A stretch of 64,000 nucleotides of DNA from Toensbergia leucococca (taxonomy: Eukaryota): assembly GCA_022813965.1 (NCBI GenBank), contig JALDZS010000106.1, positions 1 through 64,000 of the forward strand. The letters are read 5' to 3'. Position numbers and translations under genes: made by a program. This document shows positions 1 through 10,785 of the stretch, piece after piece. Each line of letters begins with the position of its first letter. Positions within the stretch are counted from its first letter, which is position 1. Below the pieces are notes generated by a model. The model saw only the letters and a list, made by a program, of their open reading frames with translations, searched no databases and was not told the origin of the DNA.

Positions 1-129
1 ATTGACTAAAGAGCAAAAGAGCAAAAACGCAAAGATCTATCTAGTCTATAAAACTCTTCACCGCCGGAGAGGATTAACAATGATCCAGATCTAATGCCCT
101 AATTTCCAACAGTAATTGACTTGCAAAGT

Positions 130-246
130 GGTAGAGAATCGAGGCAAGATGTGGTGCGAAATGATAGATTTTCCCTCGGTGGTATTGCGCCCCAGGGGGG
201 GGAGGGGGGGGGCGTCAATGTATCAAAAAGGGGCGTCCATGTATCA
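130..246 (+). repeat. Dispersed repeat copy A with 21-bp tandem subunits; inverted homologue at 39117-39251
   Basis: gcaagatgtggtgcgaaatgatagattttccctcggtg...gcgtcaatgtatcaaaaaggggcgtccatgtatca aligns by eye with the reverse complement of 39117-39251. Confidence 0.8.
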
Positions 247-827
247 GGAGCCTTTTTTTTTTTGAATTTATTACTAAACTTCTTGGAGATCTCTTCTTCT
301 GCTCTCTTTTCGTATTTTCAAAAAATTGATTCCGTTTTTTTTTTTTTTTTTTAAACACACCCAAGTTGAATTCTATAAGAGGTGATGATGATACTGTTTT
401 CAAATATTGAGGGAAATCTCATTTTCTTTATCTAGAATTGCATAAAGATGATATCAAGCACGGGCTCAACGTAAAGTAGCATGGAAATTGCAGACTACAG
501 ACCAAGGAAATATCTCCCAAATGCACATCCATCCATACACACCGTGCAGAAGTAGGAGAGCAGATTTCCAAAGCTCATTCATCCGCAACTGACTCCAAAA
601 AGCAAAAGCCTGTAAGTCCGTACGAGCCCGAGTTCCAAACAAAAGATTAGAACCACAAGAAAGAAAAAGAAAAGAAATCGCCAGAAGCATGAATCGAGCC
701 CCCAACCCCATGCACTACCTTCGTCGAAGAACTACACATCCGAGAACAATGTCTACCCCAACCCCTAGCATCACCTCCTCCATCATCCACGACCCCATCT
801 CTCGCGCCTCCACGGTCCACACCGAGC

Positions 828-2174
828 TTAATCCCAGCCACCATCCTCCGAACGGTACATAGGCCCGCAGAGCCCAACTGCACCACACCAACCAGACTCA
901 GTTTGGTAACGGGAACAGTCAGGAAACCAACCCGGCGGATGCATCCACGTGCCGCAATTTTGTTCCCTCAAGCTGACGAGTTGACCTGAGTGGTGGCCAC
1001 TGTCAGGAAAGTAAGATGGCGATGGACTCCTTCGGCTGCTTCGGCTGCTTCGGCTACCATTAGGGAAGTAAGGTGACGATGGACTCCTACGGCGACGACG
1101 GACCCGATCCTCTCTCTGTGGTGCCATAACTGGTCTCGCGTCGTCGAATTCTCGGCCCATTCCGCCACGAGGTCCACGCAGGAAAGGATTATCATCTTCA
1201 TTGTCTTCATCGAGATCTTTGACTTGCTTACCCAAGTATTTCGACCGGCCGTACAGTACTCGTGCCGCTGCGCCGCGATCTGCAGCTATCTTCATGGCTT
1301 TCTCGAAGCGCTCAACTTCAAAGTCTGGAAGGATGTCCAAGACACCTTGGACGTCCATCCTGGAGGTGCTTCGGTCCCAACAAATGAACCCCTTCTTGCA
1401 ATAGACTGCGATTTTCTGCGGTTCACACATCATGACATCGCAAAGAAAGTCGACGTCTTGAGAGTAGAGGTCCGAGAATTTGGCGGGTTTGAACCGCTGG
1501 ATTGTAATGGTGTCCTCGTCGACCTTCAACATAGCTTTGTCTCTCTTTGACTTTCTACCTTTGCCACCCTTGTCTACACCACGTTTCACCAAAGCCCGAG
1601 AGTTGCCCCGGTCCTCACTTCGGTCACGAGCACGATTACCTCGGCCTCGCTTGCTGGCTCCATAACGGTCGTTGTCGTCACTTGAATCTCGGTCACGGCT
1701 GTCATTTCGACGACTAGACTTGGCTGCAGTCTTCTTCTTACGTTCAGCCTTTCTTCTGTCAGGAGACTCATTGTCGGAGTCCGCGTCGGAGTCTGCGTCG
1801 AATTCATCGCGACGACTTGATTTAGCAGGCATCTTCTTCCGACGAGGTCTCTCTTCTCGGACAGGAGACTCCTCATCTGAATCGTCTCGACGACTCTCTT
1901 TGGCAGAAGACTTTTGTCTACGATCGCGAGGCTCATCGTCGTAATCGTCACGACGACTTGGTTTGGAAAGGGCAACCTCTTTGGCCGCACGTGCTGGTTT
2001 GGAAGCTGCTGATTTGGGAGGGGGTTCATCGTACTCTGAATCATCTTCTTCAGGGATAGGTTTTGTCGTATGTCCTGCAGGAGGGAGGGTCTTGTAGTTG
2101 GGTGGCGGAGGCATCGACGACAATTTCTTAGACGTCGAAGCCAGCATTTTAGATACTTTGCTACTAAAAGGCAT
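828..2174 (-). CDS. Hypothetical protein; Arg/Ser/Asp/Lys-rich low-complexity N-terminus, small globular core, Cys/Trp-rich tail
   Basis: 448-aa ATG-initiated ORF with no recognised domain; internal SPSSPYFP/SPSPSYFP duplication. Confidence 0.7.
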   Translation of the reverse strand: MPFSSKVSKMLASTSKKLSSMPPPPNYKTLPPAGHTTKPIPEEDDSEYDEPPPKSAASKPARAAKEVALSKPSRRDDYDDEPRDRRQKSSAKESRRDDSDEESPVREERPRRKKMPAKSSRRDEFDADSDADSDNESPDRRKAERKKKTAAKSSRRNDSRDRDSSDDNDRYGASKRGRGNRARDRSEDRGNSRALVKRGVDKGGKGRKSKRDKAMLKVDEDTITIQRFKPAKFSDLYSQDVDFLCDVMMCEPQKIAVYCKKGFICWDRSTSRMDVQGVLDILPDFEVERFEKAMKIAADRGAAARVLYGRSKYLGKQVKDLDEDNEDDNPFLRGPRGGMGREFDDARPVMAPQREDRVRRRRRSPSSPYFPNGSRSSRSSRRSPSPSYFPDSGHHSGQLVSLREQNCGTWMHPPGWFPDCSRYQTESGWCGAVGLCGPMYRSEDGGWD

Positions 2175-3311
2175 TGTGATGAGTGATGAGTCTCCTATTG
2201 GAGGAGGAGTGCGATCAACGTATCGATTGGAGCTTATGTGACTTGTGATTTCCGGTGGAGTTGGAGGTATTGGAGAAGGTATTGAAGAATGTAAAGAGAA
2301 TGTAGAACGGCAGAGAGAAACAAGCTTAAGTATATGGAGAAGCTAATGTGAAGGTATCACCTTGACTCAATCCTTCGCTGAGAGAAAGTCTTTTCAATTG
2401 AATGGCGAGTGAAGGAAGCGAACCGCGTCTTATCCAACAAATTTCCTGATCAATGACTCTGACCGCATCCTCGGTGGTAGCTATTATGAAGCTCTTGTGT
2501 TCATGGTGAATACTGATATTTTAGTCTGGTGAACACGGTAAAATGGATTGGTTCCTAGAGAGAGTAGTCGGATAGGAATGGAAAGCCCCCTTTCCCAAGA
2601 CTTGCGCTATTCTTATTTCGTGCAACACTTTAGAATCGGAATCAAAATGCAATGGTGGTCATCTTAGGCATTGGAATCGGTCATGACAACGCGGTCAACG
2701 AGGATGCCACAGCCATCGAATAGCATGAAATCCTCATCTGTCAATTTGAAATCTTCTGGTCATGCCCGTTTCGAACGGCTATTCGGTATCCACCTTACTT
2801 TTGTTCCCAACCTGCCACATTGATATACTTGACTGTGATGCCTTCAACACCAGTGAATCGACAGATAGCCGTTTTGCAGCTTTAAACCTATGGGATCTTA
2901 TCAGTCTGCAGAACACTTGTTCGATATGAGAATGGCTGTGTAGGCCTGGGAGAACGCGTTCACGGTATAGCTATCACCCGTGTTGCTTACGTCCAGTGCT
3001 GCGATGAGATCTCTGCGACGTGCTTTTCTTCCAGCTAGATATAGAGATCTTCTCTTGATTCGTACCGATAAGATACAGATTTCAAGCCATCAGAACGAAG
3101 ATGGCTCATCCGCCTTACATGCGGAGGATCTTGCAACACCCGATTTACATTTGGACAGAAAAATTGGCAGCATTGTGGCTTCGATTCCTGTCCCGCTCGA
3201 TGGGCAGAATATAAAATGGTGCTCCCCGTACCTATTGATTTAGTGACACCGGTCTGGAGATGCTGCTTGTGAACGACGAGGCTCAATGCTGAGTCTGAAG
3301 TAATGTGCGGA

Positions 3312-3807
3312 TCATATGCTATTACTTGTGGAAAGAACTTCAAGATCTTGGCTTGGTTCATCATCGCGAAAGCTCAATGCAGGGAAGTCTTGATTTATAA
3401 GTCGGATGGCTCGCCTTCTTATGACGTCTCTTACAGGTATTGGCTCCATACTTCGCACTTTGACTTCACGTGCATCATCCTCATCCACCTCTATAATCCA
3501 ACAAACTTCGTATAGTTTCTTCTCATGTACACCGTTCAATTCCTTCATCCTCTGGAATGCCCAGCCTCGCAGAGTTATGTCTGAAGTTACTGTGTTCTTG
3601 ATGATGTGGATTAGTCTCATAACTCGTCCATCTTGAAGTTCTACTTTAGCCTTGGGATTCAACTTGATACCATTGCGAGTTACGGTCAATGCAATGCCCT
3701 GTTACTTCATTTGTTGTTTTGATCTCATGACCGCGCCTTGATTGATGGCCCTCAAAAGGGAGGACCTCAGGAGGAGGAGTTTCAAACTCCTCATCGTGAG
3801 GCGGCAT
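3312..3807 (-). pseudogene. Fragment resembling the N-terminal region of RID/DmtA/Masc1-family C5-cytosine methyltransferases; catalytic domain not seen
   Basis: VELQDGRVMRLIHIIK...ITLRGWAFQR...LNGVHEKKLYEVCWIIEVDEDDAR...RRRAIRLINQDFPALSFR resembles, from memory, the pre-catalytic region of ascomycete RID/DmtA proteins; upstream ATG at 3807 is out of frame; no FxGxGG or PC motif seen downstream. Confidence 0.55.
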
Positions 3808-3995
3808 GCGTCAGCAGTACCACGCACACAGTATGGTTCAGGTATTCTGTTTTGTTCTTTTTCCTCTTCTAATTACTGGCGAAAGGTCTCAGAAAACCCA
3901 GATCATTTTGATCTGTAGCCTTGAAACCGTATTTGTCGTCCTAGTGTTTAATAACTTGACTGTCCCTAATAGGCCAATGGAATGACGATTCAAAG

Positions 3996-4653
3996 TCAAT
4001 CTGCTTCAGACGTCGAATAGTAGCCAGGCTTCTTTCCCGTCAAGAAGTCCACGTAGGCCAGTCGGTGTCCCCTAGCCAAGCTCACCATATCTTGGGCAAG
4101 CCCAAAAGCCATAGCAACGACAAGGCCAGCCTTGGCCGTGCGAGCTGCAGTGGGAACTGGAAATTGGTCTGATATGAAAATGTCAGTCCTCTCTGCACAA
4201 GTCTCAAACTTTTCATCTGATATACTGACGCCACGCACTAAATCCTCCAGCAAGACTCAGTCCAGCCATTGCCGTTGACAAAAAATCCCTTCGGCCTCTA
4301 AACCTATCTATAGCGTGCTCGACGGTAAAGAATCCTCCGACCCAGAAGGAGATCTTGGTGCCCATTTTTAGCCCATCCTTGATACCTCCCAAAAGCATGT
4401 GGTAATTCTTGCTTTTGTGATAGAGATACCAGCCTGCAGATGTTGTTGGAAATCTGTGCGAGTTCTCTGCTCGAAAACGAAGACTAGCTGTCTGAGCACC
4501 ATGGGATATCCCAAGAAACGCGCCTGCGAAGAAGCCGGTAGCTGCAGCAATTGGTAGTCGAGTCTCAAAAGGAAAAGAAAGACGATCTCCACTGGTGGGC
4601 ATTGATTGAGGTGCATCAATACTGATGTCTCTGGAAATAATGGAGTTCTCCAT
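3996..4653 (-). CDS. Conserved fungal membrane protein, Tim17/Tim22/Tim23-like; 2 exons
   Basis: LRFRAENSHRFPTTSAGWYLYHKSKNYHMLLGGIKDGLKMG motif and Gly-rich TM helices; GTCAGT...CTGAC...CAG intron at ~4169-4228 joins ORFs 4213-4686 and 3996-4253. Confidence 0.75.
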
Positions 4654-4933
4654 GATAATTACTGCGAAAGACCAACGTAACCTCAAGGCTCAGAGTTCCT
4701 TACTGGATCAATGGAATTCCCCGTATCCCCTATCGTAGAAGCAGTACCTTACTTGTAAGACGACGTCAGCAGCAGATGTTCTAGGCAGCCACCAGCAAAT
4801 AGGTCGGTGATACGGAGTACGAGTAGGGCACGAAACGAGAATACGGTGATCAGGAGCGCACATCGCGTTGTCAAGCACGACTACACTGCTTCGACGCGAT
4901 GAATTCCTTCCACTGACCAAGAACATTCTCAAG

Positions 4934-5477
4934 ATGGTAAGCCTGGAATATTTCGATGTTCCGATATCCTGCTAACAGAGGTAATCTATCCTAGCCATCA
5001 AAAGATTCCAATTCGCAAACCTGGACTTTGAGGTTCAAGCAACACAAGACTACGATCCTCCTCTTCGTCGAGCAAGAACAATCCTTCACCTCCATCAAGC
5101 AAGACCTATTAGATGCCATCTCCAAGACAGGACGCACATCACTCAACGACCATGCACTACCATCAAACCCAGACGATGTGATATTCGGGCTTCTGGTAGA
5201 CAAGAATGATCCCAGCAAAGGATGGGTTGGGTTAGAAATACCCGAGGTCGAACTTGAAGATGCTGCTGGTGGAAAACGTAAGATTGGCGGAAGGAAAGGC
5301 GTATTGAATGCTAGTCCTCTGGGAGCGGGGCTAAAGGATGGGGCAATACTGGCTTTCAAATTTAGGGACGAGGGAGCCAAGATTGACAAGGATGATTTGG
5401 ACATGGACGACGAAAATTGGGACGTCATCATGCCGAGCTATGAGGACGAATATGCAAGTCAAGAGAAGACCTCATGA
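4934..5477 (+). CDS. Conserved fungal hypothetical protein; first coding exon is only the ATG
   Basis: ATG(4934)|GTAAGC...CTAAC...CTAG(4994)|CCA is in frame with ORF 5028-5477 (WTLRFKQHKTTILLFV...WDVIMPSYEDEY). Confidence 0.75.
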
Positions 5478-6691
5478 TTGAGGTTCAGGTGACTACGACT
5501 TACGAAAGACTCGGCAAGAGGACACTCATGACCGTTGTCTATTTATTGGCAGAAGAGATGGACCTCCCCCTGATGAGACAGATGGCTTTCTCGGTCTGCT
5601 CTTTCATCATGAGCATTTACGTCAAAAACATCTACGAGGCCTGCAGGGTTGACAACCAAAGCTCTGTCTTCTCTTGGCGGCACTTAGTACATGCATAGCA
5701 GGTCTCTGGAATGGCTTGATTAGGGTTCGTGGTAAACGCAGAACTGGATGAACAGGATTCGGAGAAATTGCTGCTTCGTTCCATTATGTCATGTGAGAAT
5801 GCTCACACCCGTAGAGGAGCCCGAAGAACATTGAAACTCTCGCACTCTTCGATATTTTCGCCACGCTAGCATGAAACATAGGTGCGGTATCTACAGGCAC
5901 ACCTGCCTCTTTTGCCCGATTTGTGAAGTTGCGTATCTCGAGCGTATTTGGACTATTGCAAAAAGAGGTTTCCTGAATTCATGAGTAAATCGAGAATAGG
6001 ATTATCCAAAATAACAGGATGTTTGTTCCTGAAGCCATCTACCAAGGGTGAAACAAGATTGGATACTTTTCTCCTGGTATTTGCGTGCTCGTCGGTCTTG
6101 TGACAAATGACCTTGGAACGACCAAGTCGGTAAGCTCCACAGCACTTACAAATCATTGAGTTATTCTCAAAGGACGAATAGACTGGTGAGAAGATGACTT
6201 CTCCGGAGGAAGCATGCCAGAAAAGCTGCGACCCTGCTGAGGAAGAATTGAGTGAGGATCAGGGTGCTTTCTCCCCTGCTGCGAATGCAGAGACAAAGCA
6301 CAAAGAATTTGGTGATTCTTCCCAGGTAATGTATGCTAATGAACTCTTCATCTTCGACTAAATCTTGATGCTCTTGATAAAATGTCATTTTAACGCTATT
6401 CCAGAGAACAAATTGTGGCTTTGGCTTATAGATTCGCGAAGAATGCGCAATGTTTGGGACGTAATGGTGTCACAAAAGGACTCTAGTCTGATGTCACTTG
6501 CGATGCGATGGGCAGATAGACCCAAAGGCTATGAACAGGTACACGAAGCTGGGCCTTTAGATCGTCATCACTCTCAAGTTCTCTTCTTGGGCTTGTGTAT
6601 CATCATCTCACTTGGCAGAATTATCGCTTTCGTTGATCGTGGACTATCTCGAAGCTTGGGACACCCGTTTACCCGCAAGAAGAAACATATT

Positions 6692-7258
6692 TCATGTCGT
6701 GCAGTTCAAAGGAACGCCGCTCGTCACATCACGAGGTCCCAACCGTGTCCCCATCGGAGCAATGAGATCGCAAACTTCCATTGGCGTCGGTTTCCGCCGC
6801 GGGACCGGTATTCCAAGTACCCTTACTCGGACCACGCCTTTTGGACCAGCCATGCTCAGACCTCCAAGCCCGTGGTTTTGATCGTTACATACTTGCATAA
6901 TCAAGGCTGCCGATGCAGCGATGGCAGTCAGCGGAAAGGTATCAGATTCGTCGTCACTCATATCAATCGCGACAAGACAGGTACCGTATTTCCAATGGTA
7001 GGGAACCACGAAGCCCGCAGTGGTTGAGAAGTCCATTGGCGCCTGGGCTCTGCCACCGCGTATGATTTGAGTCATGACATCCTGACAGTCGGTGACTTTG
7101 AGAGGGTGAAGTGATGCCGATGACGCGGCTTGTGTAAAGCAAGTAATTAATGTGCGTTTGTCCAAAAGTCCTAAGATTGAGTTAAAATTGGGGGTCGTTG
7201 GGATAGCGAGTAATGATGGGATCAACAGAATGAGAAGAAAGCTGATTTGGTTAAGCAT
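6692..7258 (-). CDS. Small secreted Cys-containing protein (effector-like)
   Basis: Hydrophobic signal peptide MLNQISFLLILLIPSLLA, propeptide ending in KR (Kex2-like site), 6 Cys, 188 aa. Confidence 0.75.
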   Translation of the reverse strand: MLNQISFLLILLIPSLLAIPTTPNFNSILGLLDKRTLITCFTQAASSASLHPLKVTDCQDVMTQIIRGGRAQAPMDFSTTAGFVVPYHWKYGTCLVAIDMSDDESDTFPLTAIAASAALIMQVCNDQNHGLGGLSMAGPKGVVRVRVLGIPVPRRKPTPMEVCDLIAPMGTRLGPRDVTSGVPLNCTT

Positions 7259-9073
7259 GATGAGCCGGTGCTATCGGTGACGCATAGCACAGCTGAAGGG
7301 GCAAGTCACTCTGATTTGAACCAAGTTCTGGGGCGTTGCTCCTTAAGAAACAAAGTCGCCTACCAGACGGCATTCTGGAATTGACGGTTATCCTCTCCAA
7401 TTTGTTCTGTTGTACATCATAAACCGTGTCGCATATTGAGCCGCATGTTTCAACATCAGCATTTTGGTGCGCACGAAGTATTTTCGCCAAATCTACCCTG
7501 CTGGTTTTCTGATATTCTCTGTGCGTTCATAGTCTCGTCAGAATGAAGTGGTAGATTCTTTCAACTTTCCTCGACACCCATTTTACTCTTATAGTGGCAG
7601 ATGAGACATATGTACTCGGCCATCACCTACCCTCTCTTCTGTTCAAGGCTTATGCGCCAAGATTATCCGAAACCGGGAGTTGGGGAAAACTAGCTGTCCT
7701 TCTATTTATACACCAGAATATAGTCCTCAGCAGTCTAGTACATGCACTGATCATCATCCTGGCTGGATCAGTCATGCACTGCATGCACGCAATTAGTCCG
7801 ATTTGTTCGGGCCGGGTGACAGTGAAATTATACTTACATCCATCAGCTCAAATTCCAAGTCTGCAGTACTTCTCCGCCCTCGAGGCCTCTAATCCGATCT
7901 TGGTTCCGCCATCCGGAAAGATCCACCCTGACTACGAGTATTCAGTTCCATTAAAGTGTAAGTCTTCTTCGTCTTTTCTTTTGTTAGGTTTTCCCAAGAG
8001 ACATTGCCGCTCTAAGCCTCACTGGGCTACTTTCTGCTTCATAAGTCCAGTCTTGGAACAAAGTCATTGTGCCAACGCTCGAAACATTATAGCCGGAACG
8101 TCAGTCAATTTCCAAGGCATTGTTTGATATGATCATTCAAAAAAATGCCCATTACTGCCATCCAGCCCATATGGTCTGTCTCGTAGTATCAAACTCCGCG
8201 ATGGACTCACTGCCCTCAAGCAAAGCTCAAGCAAGTCTTGAGTTGGCTCACAGTGCAGCACAAGCCCACATCTGGATTCTGGGCGGATGTAACTCAGGCT
8301 TACCTTTACTGCATGTCTATGAACGTATACTACTGAAGATACCATCTCTGATACTAATTGTCTGTTTACCGTCACATTGATAGGTGTTCATGCTCAGATG
8401 TGCTACCGCTAACATAATTTACTATTATCAGTAATACCATCGCTCGCATTACTACATCTTCATAATTGATTACCGAAGTAACTCCGTATAATGATACCGC
8501 ATATCTCCGCCAAGGACATAATGATAAGAACATACTCTACCAGGCTTTCAATTCGCAGATACCTAGCTCAGGTGCGAGTTCTGATCGATGGAACAAAGGT
8601 CAATCGAGCGCCCACCCATCCCTGATTTGATTTGATGATTACGGATCATGCAGTAGATTAGAGCAAGCCCGTCTACACCATCACAACGCATCTCGTTTCC
8701 AGGTGAACATCGAGTGCATTGATATTGTACCTCGTTCTGACTGCTTCTTCTGTAAGCCGGACAGTGATTATACCTTCTTGCACGAACCATTATGGCATGA
8801 TCAAGCTGAGTAATGACATGAGCATAGCAGTCCATTGGGTCCAAGGGGAGAATGCGGCATCATACCCACTGATGATCACTCAAGGTATCGATTCAGCAGA
8901 ATAATTATGCCATGTGGTTGTTCCGAGCTGACTCCCTCATTGCTAGCAGTCCTTTCGTCCACATAAATCCTCGTACAATCCTTGAGGAAAGAGAAACAAA
9001 CGAATAGGATCCAATAACCACCATATTTCAACTGCCATTTACACCCATCGCCATCCACAAGACAGCAGGCACC

Positions 9074-9822
9074 ATGGAAACCCTCATCCTTCACTCCCAC
9101 GAATCCGGTCCCAATCCCTACAAAGTTGCAATCCTTTGCGAAGCCCTCAAACTACCCTATCACATCAAGCTCTGGGAATTTGGGGACGCCGACAACGGCG
9201 TCAAGGGCCCCATCTTCACAAAGATCAACGAAAACGGTCGTGTCCCAGCCTTGGGTAAATCGCTCTAATCCTCCCGTCTCCCTAGTCTGAGCCCCTTTAA
9301 CCCTCGAATCAACCAATATTTAACAACCGCGTGATTCCAGAGGACCCCAACACCGGCGTCGTGGCCTGGGAATCCGGCGCCGTAATCAACTACATCCTCC
9401 GCGAATACGACACCACCCACGCTCTTTTCCCCGGCCCCTCCTCCCCCAAACAAGTCCACGTCGACTTCGACAAATGGATATTCTTCCTCGTTTCCACCAT
9501 GGGCCCCATGATGGGCCAAACAAACTGGTACCGGCACTACAACCCCGTCAAAAACGAAGACGCCCTCAAACGCTACCAAGCGCAAGCGTACCGATGTTTT
9601 GACGTGCTGGAAGGCCAGCTGAAGAAGAGTGGGGGGAAGAGCGTGCTGGAGGGTGGGTTTAGTGCTGTGGACGTGCATTTTTACCCGTGGGTGTGGGAAT
9701 ATGAGTATGGGGGGTTGAGTATTGAGACTTATCCGAATGTGCGGACCTGGTTCAAGGGAATTGGGGATAGGGAGGATGTGAAGCTTGTGTATGAGAAGAT
9801 TCCCCAGGGGGAGAAGGCTTGA
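9074..9822 (+). CDS. Glutathione S-transferase (Ure2p/Nu-like class); 2 exons
   Basis: GPNPYKVAILCEAL, INENGRVPAL|EDPNTGVVAWESGAVINYI, GPMMGQ; GTAAAT...CCAG intron at ~9255-9340. Confidence 0.92.
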
Positions 9823-10785
9823 ACAATTGCGAGAGAAGAGTGATTTCGATGCCTGATGAGAAAACCAAAACAACCGAGAAAAAAAGGCGAGAATGGGGGC
9901 CTTCAGTAGGTCACGCGTGATCTTAATTGCAAAACGAAATACAACCTTTGGAAATTGTCACCGGAGTCACTCGAATCCAAAAGAAATATCTCACTAAATC
10001 CCAAAGACTCCTCACCCTTCCCCCTCCCCGCCCGGGAATCAATGAGCTCATTTTCTGAATCAGCCGTATTCCTCAACCACCCACCACCCCCCCACACCAG
10101 AGAAAACCCAACCACAAACTCCAAAAAAAAAACCCACAACACCATCTCCACACACCTCTCAACCCCCAACCTCCCTATCCACAACAAACCCTCTCCACAA
10201 AACCCCCGCACTTCAAACTCCCGCCCACAACCGCCTCGTCCCCCCCAAAAAAATACAAAAAAAAAAAAATCAACGGGGAAACCTGGAAAAACCTAGGCTC
10301 CCCACGACTCACGACTCGGCAAAATAAGCGCCTAGCTTATTTTATGCAAATTTCCCCCTCCCGCCCTGCTACCCCCCCTTGCCCCCCCTACCCCCCGGCG
10401 GCAAGATATGATGAAAACCGAAATAGCGCCAGCCTCGTAATGTGAGGCACATTTCGGAAAAAAGTAATGGTAAAAAAAATTGATTTGGCGCCAGGGGCGT
10501 CCCTAGTTCTTGCTTCTGAAACAATCAAAAATTCTCCGACTCAGGGCGTTTTCTGGTTTGCTAGGATTTGGTTTTTACTCTATTCTACTCCGTACTTGCG
10601 GGCTTGTTTCCCCCGTTCTTGTTTTTGCTTTTTGATAGCTATATATCCATCTCTTTCTCAAAGACCTTAGTAGTCATAGTTCCCTAACTAATTGCTATAA
10701 ACTCGTTTCTATGCAATGTTTGCCTCCAAAGATCTCTCTTCCTGAATTGCAACGACTTGATTAATATACTTCCGCGTTCAGGCAA

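Noticed and set aside
6365..7027. 220-aa plus-strand ORF
   Set aside because: Largely antisense to the more credible secreted-protein gene, with no recognisable motifs
7594..8380. Plus-strand ORFs of 177 and 86 aa
   Set aside because: Non-ATG starts and no domain-like features; may be decayed sequence but cannot be assigned
9265..9873. 202-aa minus-strand ORF and similar shadow ORFs opposite kinesin, HMT1 and RTC1
   Set aside because: Antisense shadows of real genes
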